Source: Pseudomonadota bacterium
GTDB taxonomy: Bacteria; Myxococcota_A; UBA9042
DNA length: 64,000 nucleotides
Reading direction: 5' to 3'
NCBI GenBank assembly: GCA_005792545.1
Contig: SXRM01000036.1
Location: 5,437-69,436 of the forward strand
In this document: positions 25,997-35,351 of the stretch, one piece after another
Layout of the letters: every line of letters starts with the position of its first letter
Numbering within the stretch: the stretch's first letter is position 1
Notes under the pieces: generated by a model
Told to the model about the DNA's origin: nothing
The model's input: the letters and a program-made list of their open reading frames with translations, nothing else
Database searches by the model: none
Position numbers and translations under genes: made by a program

Positions 25997-28584
25997 TCAC
26001 GTCCCGTTGCCCCACGGATCGAGCGCCAGCACCCAGGCGTTGGGCACAGTAAACCCGGTCGCCGTGTTGCCACCGATTAGAATCGAACCATTGGGCGACA
26101 CCGCGATGGCAGCGAATGCGTCATTGGCCGCACCGCCGAAGCTTTTGTCCCATTGAATGTTGCCCAACTTGTCGACCACGAAAAGCCAGGCGTCGTCGCT
26201 GGTTTTGCCCTCGGTGCCGGACCAACCGGCAATCGCGACATCGCAGCCCTCCAGTACCGCGAGCGCACGAGCGTAGTCTGCTCCGACGCCGCTATAGGTC
26301 AATTCGTAGAGCTGCCCGCCGTCTTTGTTGAGCACTATGATCCAGGCATCAAGCGCCCCAGCGCCCTTGCTCGCCCTCGCGCCGACGACGACAAAACCGC
26401 CCGCCGGCAAGGGCTCAATCGCATACAGATAGTCATTGGCGTCCCCACCGTAGTCCCAGTTGTACGAGGCCTGACCGGCTGAGGTCCAAAGCACATCTTG
26501 TCCTGCAGCCCATGCGAGGTCGGGTGCGTGTAGAACCCGGCGGTGAAGTAGTCATTTTGTTGGCCGACGACGACGCCCTTGCCAAAGGTATTGTTGCCAC
26601 CTCCGCCGCCCCAGGCCGTTTGCGACAGCGGCGAAAGGTCGCCTGACAGCCGAAAAAGGCCCATGTTGCTCAATCCCTGGCTGACGTAGCCGGTGGCCAC
26701 AAAGCCTGCTGTGCCTGCGTCGGCGCGCAGGTCATAGACGCCGGAGTAGTCGCCAAAGTTGTTGGTCTTGGTCGCAATCGCATTGCCTGTGCCGTCAAAG
26801 CGCACGTAGAGTTGACTCGGCACGCCGCCCACTGGCGTACGTACCCCCGCAACCACCAACGTCTGGTCCGGCGCCACCACCGCGGCGTTTAGCCCGTCGC
26901 TGGTATTGCCGGTGATGAAGGTCTTCCACAGTTCCTTGCCGGTCGCGTCGTACTTGGCGGCAAAGCCATCGTAGTCCGCGACTTTGGCGTAGCCGACCAC
27001 GCCGACGCTGCCGTCTTGAAACGCTACGACGTCGGTCACCCACTGGTTGCTGGCACCCATCGCGGCGAATTTGCTCTCGAACAGCTTGCCTTTCTGACCC
27101 GACGTACAAACCCCGTTCTGGCACTTGTCGCCGATGGTGCATGCGCCGGCGTCGCAAACGGCCCCTGTTGCGGGCGCGGTGGCGCAGCCCTTGGCCTTGT
27201 CGCAGCTGTCGGTGGTGCAGTCGTTGCCGTCGTCGCACAGGGTCGGCTTGCCGCCGATGCACTTGCCCTTGTCGCAGCTGTCGCCGCTCGTGCAGGGGTT
27301 GTTGTCGCTGCACGCGGCCTTGTTTTGGGTCGCGGTGCAGGTACCGCCGGGCTTGATGCAGCTGTCGTCGGTGCAGGCGTCGCCGTCGTCGCACTTGGCG
27401 GTGTTGGGCAGGTGGGCGCAGCCTTTCTTGGGGTTGCAACTGTCGGCGGTGCACTCGTTGTTGTCGTCGCATGCCAGCGTGGTGCCGGGCTTGCACACGC
27501 CGCCCTCGCAGCCGTCGCCGTCGGTACAGACGTCGGCGTCGCTGCAGGTGGCCTTGTTGTTGGCGGTCGTGCAGCCCTTGACGCCGTTGCAGCCGTCGGT
27601 CGTGCACGGGTTGCCGTCGTTGCAGTCCTGCAGGCTGCCGCCCGAGCAGAAGCCGCCGGTGCACAAGTCGTCTTTGGTGCGCGCGTTGCCGTCGTCGCAT
27701 GCCTGGCCGAGCACGGCGTTGTGCTCGCAACCGATCTTGATGTCGCACGGGTCGGCGGTGCACGGGTTGCCGTCGTCGCAGTCTTGCGTGGCGGTTCCTG
27801 GCAGGCATGTGCCCTTGCTGCACACATCGCCGACCGTGCAGACGTTGTCGTCGCTGCACGGCGCCGTGTTCAGGGCATGGACGCACACACCGTTTTGGGT
27901 GCAGCCTTCGGTGGTGCACAGGATGCCGTCGTCGCAGGCGCCGGGTGCGTTGGGCAGGCACTCGGCGGCTTTGCAGTCCACGCCGCAACTGGCTGCATTT
28001 TCAGAGTTCTGCGCGCAGGTGCTGCAGATGCCGTCGCCGCAGTAGCCGCAGTCGGTCGGGCAGTTGCTCCAGTCTTCGTCCTTGTCGCAGGTGCAGTTGC
28101 CGCAGCCGGGCTTACAGTCCTCCGGGCAGCCCTTGGGGCCGCCGTCGTCAGGCTCGCAAAAGCTGTTGCCGCAGGTCTTGAACTTGCAGTCTTCCTTGCA
28201 GGTGACCGGCGACTCGCCGGGCTCGCACTTGCCGTTGCCGCACGCGGTCGAGCAGTCCTTGGCGCACGACGTGGCCGATTCGCCGCACGCAAAGCCCTTG
28301 CACTGCCCGTCGCCGCAGGTGCCGCAGCACTCGGTCGGGCACACCGTCGGGCCCTCGCCGGCCGAGCAGGTGCCGTCGCCGCACGCCGCGCAGTCCAGTG
28401 GGCAGGTCGTCACGTTCTCGGCGCATGCGGCGTTGCAGTTCTTGTCGCCGCAGGCGCATTGCGCGGGTAGTTGTGCTACGTCGATCTTGGCTGCGTCCGT
28501 GGCCGGTGTGGTTAGGTTTTCGTCGCCGCCGCAACCGGCGACGGCGAGAGAAGTGGCCACAGGTGGCAGGGCGGTCAGGCGCAT
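25997..28584 (-). pseudogene. Cys-rich module + 7-blade propeller-repeat lipoprotein, apparent frameshift near 26495-26530
   Basis: ATG 28584 has GGAGG 7 nt upstream. The lipobox is LAVAGC. CGDG.C and CDDGNPCT.D.C modules are present. The reading frame of ORF 26335..28869 decays after ...GFYTHP, and the propeller repeats continue in ORF 25997..26494 (DLAWAAGQDVLWTSAGQ...). A 1-nt indel at the CCC/GGG run near 26522 would restore the frame. Confidence 0.75.
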
Positions 28585-28644
28585 AGAAGCCTCCGGTCGA
28601 GGCAGCCAGCGTACCGCGCACGTGCGGCCACCTGCAGGCCGGCA

Positions 28645-28662
28645 CTTGCACGTAGGGGGGGG
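28645..28662 (-). promoter_or_regulatory. 'TTGAACA-TA-C8' box upstream of lipoprotein gene 28584 (possible relative of the conserved element)
   Basis: The minus strand reads TTGAACATACCCCCCCC, 60 nt upstream of ATG 28584. It has the same TGAACA box as the conserved element, but with a poly-C tract instead of poly-G. Confidence 0.35.
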
Positions 28663-28789
28663 TATGTTCAACGTGTTGATCCTGCTGTGTAATTGGCCGT
28701 AGGTTTGATCGCGGCAGGCTCTGACCCATTGCACGCCGCCTGCAACGTCGCCAGAATCGCCGTGCGCCGCACCAGCGGCCGCGGATCGC

Positions 28790-30670
28790 ATGGCCAAGCC
28801 AGCCCCAAAGCCCAGTCTGCCGGCGGCAACCAAGCCAACTGACACGCCCCCAAGCTGGCTTGCGCGCAACCGCGACCTGGCGCTTGCTGCGGCATTGGTC
28901 GTGTGCGCGCACCAGTTCTACGCGCAGTGGCGCAACCACGAAATCACCGACTCGAGCTATACGCTGCTTGCCGCCGAGTTGCTGTGGCGCGATGGCTCGC
29001 TGGCCCTGGACCGCGCACTGCCCGCGGTTCTCGCCGCGGCCGACCGGCGCGCACCCACCGCTGCAGAACGCGAAGCCGGTGCCGCCGGCGCCGTTCCCTA
29101 CCAGCTGCAGCCGCTGGCGCGCAGCGTTGCCCCCGACCCGAGTCGCCGGCTTTGGCTGTGGTATCCGCGCTCGCCGGTAGTTCTGGCCGCCCCGTTCGTG
29201 CCTGTGCTGCACGCACTGGGTCATTCGGCGCTGACCGCCGACGGACACTACGACCCAGCGGGCGAAGCGGCGATGCAGGTGCGCTTGGCGGCGTGGCTGT
29301 GTGCGCTGTCCGTTGGATTGGCCTACCTGCTTGCGCGGCTGTGGTTGGGGCCCTGGTCGGCGGTGCTGCTGGCCGTCGGGTTCGCGGTGGCATCGCCTTT
29401 GTGGTCGGTCGCCGGTCGGGCGCTCTGGACCCACGACTGGGGGGTGGTATTCGGCCTGGGCGTGTGCCTGCACTTGGGCCGCACGCTCATCGCCGGTTCG
29501 CGCGTCAACCCGTGGTTGACCGGGTCGCTGCTGGCGCTGCTGTACTTGTGCCGGCCGGCGTTTGCCGTCGAAATCCTGACCACCATGGCGTATCTGGTGT
29601 GGCGCGAGCGCAAGGCTGCTTTGCAAGTCGCGGCCGTTGGCGCCAGTTGGGCCGTCGCGTTTGCGTTGTGGTCGCACGCGCAAGAGGGCGCCTGGCTGCC
29701 CGACTACTACCGCCACGCGCGCCTTGCGCCCGGCCACTTTTGGGTCGGCCTCTACGGGGTGCTGTTGTCGCCGAGTCGCGGGCTGCTGGTCTACACGCCC
29801 ATGTTGCTGCCGTGCCTCGCGCCGCTGGTCATCTGGCGGGCGCGAATCGGCCATCGACCGCTAGTGCTGTCCGCCACGGCGACGGTGGCGGGTCACGCGG
29901 TTCTGCTCGCGCTCTACCCCAACTGGTGGGGCGGCCACTCGTTTGGCGCGCGCCTGATGCTCGACACGCTGCCGTGGACAGTGGTGCTCGCCGCCGCTGG
30001 GTGGGCGACGGCGCAGGCCGCGCTGGTTGGCCGCTCGATGCTACAAGCCGCGTTTGTCGGGGCTCTCGCGGCGGCAGTTGGCCTCGGCGCGTTTGCGCAC
30101 CACCGCGGCGTCACCGACCCCGAGCCGTTTCGCTGGAACGCCTGGCCCAGGCCTATCAACGACGACCCGTTGCGCGCCCTGGATTGGCGACTGCCGCAAT
30201 TCATGGCGGGGCTGTGGCCGCAGCCGCTGCCGGATCCGGTGCCGCCGTTGGGGGTTGGCCAGACCCTGCAGGCTGGTAATCCCATCAACGACTTGCACTT
30301 TCTCGAGGGCTGGGGCAACGGCGAGGGCAACCACCGCTGGACCATCGCCCAGCGCGCCCGGGTCGTCTGGCAAGGCAGCGGCACCGGCAGCAAACTCTCC
30401 ATTGGCGTTCGGCCGTACCTGGACTTGCGGGTCGGCAGCAAAGGGCCCAAGTCGCAGCGACTGCGCTACGGTTTGCACGGTCAGCCGCTACGCGAAGTTG
30501 TGCTGGCGTCTCCTGCCGGCGAGGTCCTGCACTTGAAGCTACCGCACGCAGCGCAGCCCACGGTGCTGGTGCTGGAGACACCCGACGCCGCAGTGCCGCG
30601 GCAGCACGGCGATGGCGACGACACGCGGCGCTTGGGCGTGTCCCTGCACGGGCTACGCTTGGAGCCGTGA
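28790..30670 (+). CDS. polytopic membrane protein, possibly a GT-C type glycosyltransferase (ArnT/PMT-like)
   Basis: 626 aa with at least 10 hydrophobic helices over ~430 aa, followed by a soluble ~150-aa C-terminal domain (FLEGWGNGEGNHRW...RRLGVSLHGLRLEP). The family assignment is tentative. Confidence 0.7.
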   Translation: MAKPAPKPSLPAATKPTDTPPSWLARNRDLALAAALVVCAHQFYAQWRNHEITDSSYTLLAAELLWRDGSLALDRALPAVLAAADRRAPTAAEREAGAAGAVPYQLQPLARSVAPDPSRRLWLWYPRSPVVLAAPFVPVLHALGHSALTADGHYDPAGEAAMQVRLAAWLCALSVGLAYLLARLWLGPWSAVLLAVGFAVASPLWSVAGRALWTHDWGVVFGLGVCLHLGRTLIAGSRVNPWLTGSLLALLYLCRPAFAVEILTTMAYLVWRERKAALQVAAVGASWAVAFALWSHAQEGAWLPDYYRHARLAPGHFWVGLYGVLLSPSRGLLVYTPMLLPCLAPLVIWRARIGHRPLVLSATATVAGHAVLLALYPNWWGGHSFGARLMLDTLPWTVVLAAAGWATAQAALVGRSMLQAAFVGALAAAVGLGAFAHHRGVTDPEPFRWNAWPRPINDDPLRALDWRLPQFMAGLWPQPLPDPVPPLGVGQTLQAGNPINDLHFLEGWGNGEGNHRWTIAQRARVVWQGSGTGSKLSIGVRPYLDLRVGSKGPKSQRLRYGLHGQPLREVVLASPAGEVLHLKLPHAAQPTVLVLETPDAAVPRQHGDGDDTRRLGVSLHGLRLEP

Positions 30671-30733
30671 TGGCGGCACGCCGCGCCCCTGGCCGACCGG
30701 CGCCACAACCAGCGCTGGCAGCGCGCGCGGCGG

Positions 30734-31924
30734 CTACAGCGGCACGAACGAAAAATCCGCCTGCGCCGAGCCGACTTTCAACTGCCCGCTGACAGCTGTG
30801 CCCGCGACCGGGATCGGCTTGACGACGACGCGCACACGGTTGTGGCCGTCTTTGACCGCCACGCCAAGTCCGTTGAACACCCCTTGCAGCGCCTGGGCAT
30901 TGGTCGCCGCCGCGTAGGTGCAGTTGCCCGTCGTCGCCAGGGCGCGCAGGTCCGCGACTGCCTGTGGGTTGGGGTTTGCCGACAGCTCGGACCCTTCGCC
31001 CAGGCCGACGGTGCAGACGCGCAGCGCGTTGGCCTTGATGCACGCTTCGGCGGCCTGGCGCTCAGTCTTGAGGTTGGTGAAATTGATGCCATCTGACATC
31101 ACCACCATCGCCAGCGACGGTCCGGCCAGCACTCCGCCTGTCGCACGATTGGCCGCCATCTGCTGGCAAGTCTCCAGAACTGACTGAAAAAGTGGCGTGT
31201 CCCCAACGGGTTGAACGTACTTGGCCAGCGCCTGATCGGCGACCTGCAAGTTGGCCTGCGCGCAGGGCACCCACGGCGGCGGTCCGGTGAGCTTGCTCGC
31301 GTCGGCCGCCAGCAGGTCGCGCGTGGCCGTCGCACCGGGTTGACAGGCGACCTGACCGCCGGTCGACTGGCCGCAGGCCCCAAAATCGAAGACCCCAAAC
31401 AGGTTGGTGGGCGCAGCGCACACCACTTTGAGCAGGGCCCGCGTGGCTTCGGCGCGCAACGCGCTCGGGTCGTTGTCTTTCATGCTGCCGCTTTCGTCGA
31501 GCAAGGTCGTGACTGCCAACTTGCCTGCCGCTGCCTGCGGCCGTTGCAAGTCCAGACCCGCTTGCGTGCAGGCGTGGCCCTTTGCAGTCACTACAATAGC
31601 AGCGTCGGGCTTCGCCTCCTGTGCCAGCCAGCCCTGCTCGGCTTTGGTCGGCGCGGAGTCCATCGGGGTGGCAAACAACGGTTGGTTGCTGGCGTCCAAC
31701 GCAGTAAACGCGATGGTCAACTCTCCGGTTGTGGCAAAGCCCGGGCTGATGGTCACGCCGACCAGAGTCACCGTCTTGGCTGTCCCCAGCTTGGATGGCG
31801 ACGCGCCGCCGCTCGCCGTCCCGGAGCTGATGAGATCAGTTTGCTGTCCGTCGCAGCTTGCGCAGACCCAAATCGTCACCAAGCCCAGCAAATGCAAACT
31901 GCAAGCCGATCCTGTCCTCTGCAT
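30734..31924 (-). CDS. von Willebrand factor A (VWA) domain lipoprotein
   Basis: LHLLGLVTIWVCASC is a lipobox. The MIDAS-type motif is 'TTLLDESGSM'. A VWA-like beta-alpha pattern follows (VFDFG..., MVVMSDG). Confidence 0.8.
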   Translation of the reverse strand: MQRTGSACSLHLLGLVTIWVCASCDGQQTDLISSGTASGGASPSKLGTAKTVTLVGVTISPGFATTGELTIAFTALDASNQPLFATPMDSAPTKAEQGWLAQEAKPDAAIVVTAKGHACTQAGLDLQRPQAAAGKLAVTTLLDESGSMKDNDPSALRAEATRALLKVVCAAPTNLFGVFDFGACGQSTGGQVACQPGATATRDLLAADASKLTGPPPWVPCAQANLQVADQALAKYVQPVGDTPLFQSVLETCQQMAANRATGGVLAGPSLAMVVMSDGINFTNLKTERQAAEACIKANALRVCTVGLGEGSELSANPNPQAVADLRALATTGNCTYAAATNAQALQGVFNGLGVAVKDGHNRVRVVVKPIPVAGTAVSGQLKVGSAQADFSFVPL

Positions 31925-32161
31925 ACAGTCCTCCGGTCAACCTGACGCCCATCTCGCATCGTACACCGCTGGCGCGACTACGCAATCGGCAAAAATAGCG
32001 GCGCGCGCCGCCCCGGTGTTCCGAGACAGCGCGCACCAGCTGTTTGTTGCCTGCTCTATACAGAATCGCCTTGAGGTGAGATCAAACCTGCCGCAAGGAA
32101 GGAGCGACGAGTCGGCTTGCACAGCCGCGAGTTTGCGACACACTGAGCAAGCAAGAACAGC

Positions 32162-32191
32162 GATCGCAGATGACCTCGGGTCATCGCGATC
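32162..32191 (-). terminator. hairpin 8 nt after the stop of 32200..35103 (intrinsic-terminator-like)
   Basis: GATCGC(A)GATGACC-TCG-GGTCATCGCGATC forms a 13-bp stem with one bulge and a 3-nt loop. On the minus strand it is followed by the T-rich CTGTTCTTGCTTG. Confidence 0.45.
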
Positions 32192-32199
32192 CTGTATAG

Positions 32200-35103
32200 C
32201 TACGGAGTTGCGCAGAAATCGCCGCCGGTACCACCGGCAGTCGCGGGAGCGTCGATGACGGCCGCGCCCTCGTCGATCGACAGCAGGAAGTGCACCAGCT
32301 TTTGCACGATGGCCGCCTTCTTGGCCGGATCGGACTCTTGCAAGAAGTTGGCAGCAAGCGCTGTGTGGTGCTTGTCGAAGGTCGCGCTGAACAACGACTC
32401 CAGCGTCCGCGCGTTGCCCGCGTGCAGGTACGGGCCACCGGTCGCCACGCCCAGCAGACTCGGCGGGTTGTAGCCGTTGCCGTCCACTTCGGCGCCCTGA
32501 CCCGGCGTCTTCATGTCTGCGCGCAGCTCCGCAATGCCTACGCCCGGCTCCGCAACCTTAAAAGTGCCAACCGGGCGCAGAATGCACTGGACCTGGTCCA
32601 GCGCCGCCGGGTTGCCCCCGCCAAAGCGCATGAAGCGATTGGCCACGGTAGCTGCGGGCAGTAGCGACGCCGGAAAGTACTGCGGCGCCGTCCAGGCCTT
32701 GGCCAGCAGCTTCTTGTTGGTGTCGACCGACGGCGCGTAGAACATCTTGCTGATGGTCCACTTGGGCCCGCCGTGGCAGCCAGCGCAATTGGCGTCCTTG
32801 TAGATAGCTTTGCCTTCCGCGACCTTGGTGGCGTCGACGCTGCTGACGCCGCGCGGAGAGCGCAGACCCTGGACGTACTTGGTGATCTCGGCCCAGTCGT
32901 TGAGCACGCTTGGCGGCGTGACCACGCCGGACTTGGGGTCCGCTGCGGCGGCGGCTGAGCCATTGAGGCCCGCGTGGCCCAGCGCGGCGATGTCGATGCG
33001 GTCGGCGGCGCCAATCGGCGGCGTGTTCTTGTGCACAATGGCGCCGACGCCGCCGGAGGTGCCGCGGGTGTTCAGCTCGAAGTCGGCGATTTCGTCGAAG
33101 ACGGCGGTCCAGTTGAAGATGCGCTGGTCCTTGGGGTCCTTGCTGTTGAACGAGCCGTCCAGGCTGGTCGACTGGCGCGGGCCGCGGCCGAAGTACCAGG
33201 TGATGTTGTCGGTCAAGCCGTCGACGTGACAGGTCTGGCACGCATTCCAGGCCTGGCCCTTGAGCGACCAGCGAGCCAGACCGGTGTTGAAGAAGCGCTT
33301 GCCCAGGAGGACGTTGGCCTCTTCGGACCCCGCGGCGGGCAGGTCGGCGGTCTTGGCGACGCTCGGCGCCTGTGGGCCGCCTGCGATTTCCTGGGTGGCG
33401 AAGTCAGCGACTGTGATGTTGCGGGTGATGTCGTTGTTGACGAATGCCGCCTTCTTGTTGACGTAGGGGATGGCGATGCCGGTGGGGCCGCGGCCGCCGA
33501 CCTTGGCGTCATAGGCGGGGTTGGCGAGATCGATGAAGGGCTGCACGCCCGAGCCGACCTCGGCCAGCGTGCCATCGGCGTTCATCTTGAAGCGGAACAC
33601 TGCGTCGGCGCCATTGGCCGTCACGTAGCCGATGTCGGTGTCGGGCACGAAGTCGATGTCGGTCATGACCAGTGGCAGGCGCCGGGTGTTGTCGTCGGCC
33701 AGCTTCTTGTCGTCAAAGAAGGCCACGAACTTGGCGTTGAGGTTGAAGGCGTGCGCCTGTTTGTCAGTCTTGAGGTCCACGATCGACAGCACGTTGCCCA
33801 TGGCGGTCTTGGTGCTGGCCTGGTTGGGGTCGCACTTATTGGCGTTGCACTTGCCGCCAAACGCGCCGCAGTCGGTGTCGGCCGCGCAGTTGGTGGTGCA
33901 CTTGCTGCTCGCGCACGACCCGGCGACCTTGCCGGGGCAGTCGTCGTCTTTGGTGCAGGCTGCCGCGGCAGGGCCAGTGAAGGGGCCAATCGGACCCTTG
34001 GGCGAGGCGCAGATGCTCGATACCAGCGCCCAGGTGCCGTGCACCGTCACCGCTTGCAGCTGGTTCGGGTAGCAGCCGGCGACGTTGCCGAGCTGATCCT
34101 TGAAGCCCATGTCGGCCAATGCCGGCAGGTCGATGACCTTGACCGACATATCCTTGCCGCTGATGCGGTAGAGCATGCCCTTGCGCGACACGTCGGCATT
34201 GCTGCCGTCAGCCTTCTCTTCTTGCGCCTGCTGGCTGAAGAACTCGGTGACCAGCAGCGATTCGTCCTCGTCTACGGCGTCGCCGTTGTTGGTGATCGCA
34301 ATGCTGCGCGGGTGCGCCAGGCCAGGGCGAGCCTGGACGTCGCCAAGGGTTTTGGTGGCAACCAGCGCGGCGTTGAGGTCCACGGTTGCGACGACCGTTG
34401 CGGCCGCGGTGACGACCATCGACACGGTGCCGTCGACCCAGTTGGCGACTGCCAGGTATTTGCCAGTCGGGCTGAGCGCGAGGCCGGTCGGCTCTGAACC
34501 CACGGCGACCGTCGCCCCCACTTTTGGCATCGACTTCAACCCGTCGATGCGGACGGCCTTCTGGTCGGCGCGCAGGATGACCCACGCCGACTCGCTGTCG
34601 GGCATGATGGCGACCTGCCACGGTTCTTTGCCGACCGCGACGTCGTAGGTCTTGGTCAGCACGGTCGGCGCGCCGGCAACATAGGTCGCCTTGAACACGC
34701 TGACGGAGCCGGAGTCGCGGTTGCACGCAACGACGATGCTGTCGTCCGCAGACACGGCAATCGACGACCCGCGGCTGGGTCCGGGTAGGATCTTGGGCGC
34801 AACGGCAGTGTCTGCCGGCGGTGTGTCGGTGGGTGCGACGTCGGTCGCGACCACGTCAGCAACCGCCGTGTCAGGCACCGCGGTGTCGGCTGCCGTGGTG
34901 TCTGCCACGGTATCCGCTGCGGTCTCAGCACCTGTCGCGGTGTCGCCCGCCGCACCGGTGTCACCGCCGCCTGCGGTCTCTGCTGCGGCGGTTTCTGCAG
35001 CCGCATCGGTTGCCGTCGCGCCCGCATCGGTCGCCGCGTTTTCCGTTCCACATGCCGCGAGCGAAGCAAACGCCGCTGCGGCCCACCAGCCGTAACCCTT
35101 CAT
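32200..35103 (-). CDS. YVTN-type beta-propeller + di-haem cytochrome c (CCP/MauG-like) lipoprotein
   Basis: ORF trimmed to ATG 35103 (a G-rich SD-like run lies 3 nt upstream). The lipobox is FASLAAC. YVTN-like repeats are present (VAVGKEPWQVAIMPD, VAVGSEPTGLALSPTGKYLAVANWVDGTVSMV). There are two CxxCH motifs (ACQTCHVDG; NCAGCHGGPKW). Confidence 0.8.
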   Translation of the reverse strand: MKGYGWWAAAAFASLAACGTENAATDAGATATDAAAETAAAETAGGGDTGAAGDTATGAETAADTVADTTAADTAVPDTAVADVVATDVAPTDTPPADTAVAPKILPGPSRGSSIAVSADDSIVVACNRDSGSVSVFKATYVAGAPTVLTKTYDVAVGKEPWQVAIMPDSESAWVILRADQKAVRIDGLKSMPKVGATVAVGSEPTGLALSPTGKYLAVANWVDGTVSMVVTAAATVVATVDLNAALVATKTLGDVQARPGLAHPRSIAITNNGDAVDEDESLLVTEFFSQQAQEEKADGSNADVSRKGMLYRISGKDMSVKVIDLPALADMGFKDQLGNVAGCYPNQLQAVTVHGTWALVSSICASPKGPIGPFTGPAAAACTKDDDCPGKVAGSCASSKCTTNCAADTDCGAFGGKCNANKCDPNQASTKTAMGNVLSIVDLKTDKQAHAFNLNAKFVAFFDDKKLADDNTRRLPLVMTDIDFVPDTDIGYVTANGADAVFRFKMNADGTLAEVGSGVQPFIDLANPAYDAKVGGRGPTGIAIPYVNKKAAFVNNDITRNITVADFATQEIAGGPQAPSVAKTADLPAAGSEEANVLLGKRFFNTGLARWSLKGQAWNACQTCHVDGLTDNITWYFGRGPRQSTSLDGSFNSKDPKDQRIFNWTAVFDEIADFELNTRGTSGGVGAIVHKNTPPIGAADRIDIAALGHAGLNGSAAAAADPKSGVVTPPSVLNDWAEITKYVQGLRSPRGVSSVDATKVAEGKAIYKDANCAGCHGGPKWTISKMFYAPSVDTNKKLLAKAWTAPQYFPASLLPAATVANRFMRFGGGNPAALDQVQCILRPVGTFKVAEPGVGIAELRADMKTPGQGAEVDGNGYNPPSLLGVATGGPYLHAGNARTLESLFSATFDKHHTALAANFLQESDPAKKAAIVQKLVHFLLSIDEGAAVIDAPATAGGTGGDFCATP

Positions 35104-35313
35104 AGTCCCCCCTGCGCGCCACATGAAGTGGCCCAAGCAAGCCGCGCGCGCCCCAGCACTGCGCCCGAAATCGCATCGCACCAAGCGGTGCACCAGCTGG
35201 CGCCGACGGTAACAGGGCCGGGGTGCGTTCGCAAACCTTTACAGTCGCCGTCTAGATAATATGCTGATTATATTCGCTGTTTCAGTGGACGCCGCAGGGG
35301 CACGCCGCGGGTT

Positions 35314-35347
35314 GATCGATGCCCCCCATTGTTCAGGCTCATGAAAT
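35314..35347 (-). promoter_or_regulatory. conserved 5' element copy 3 (ATTTCATGAGCC-TGAACAATGGGGGGCATCGATC); function unknown
   Basis: The minus-strand core at 35335-35318 is 17/18 identical to copies 1 and 2. A perfect TATAAT (minus, 35272-35267) starts exactly 45 nt after the core. The element is co-oriented with gene 32200..35103. Confidence 0.6.
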
Positions 35348-35351
35348 AACG

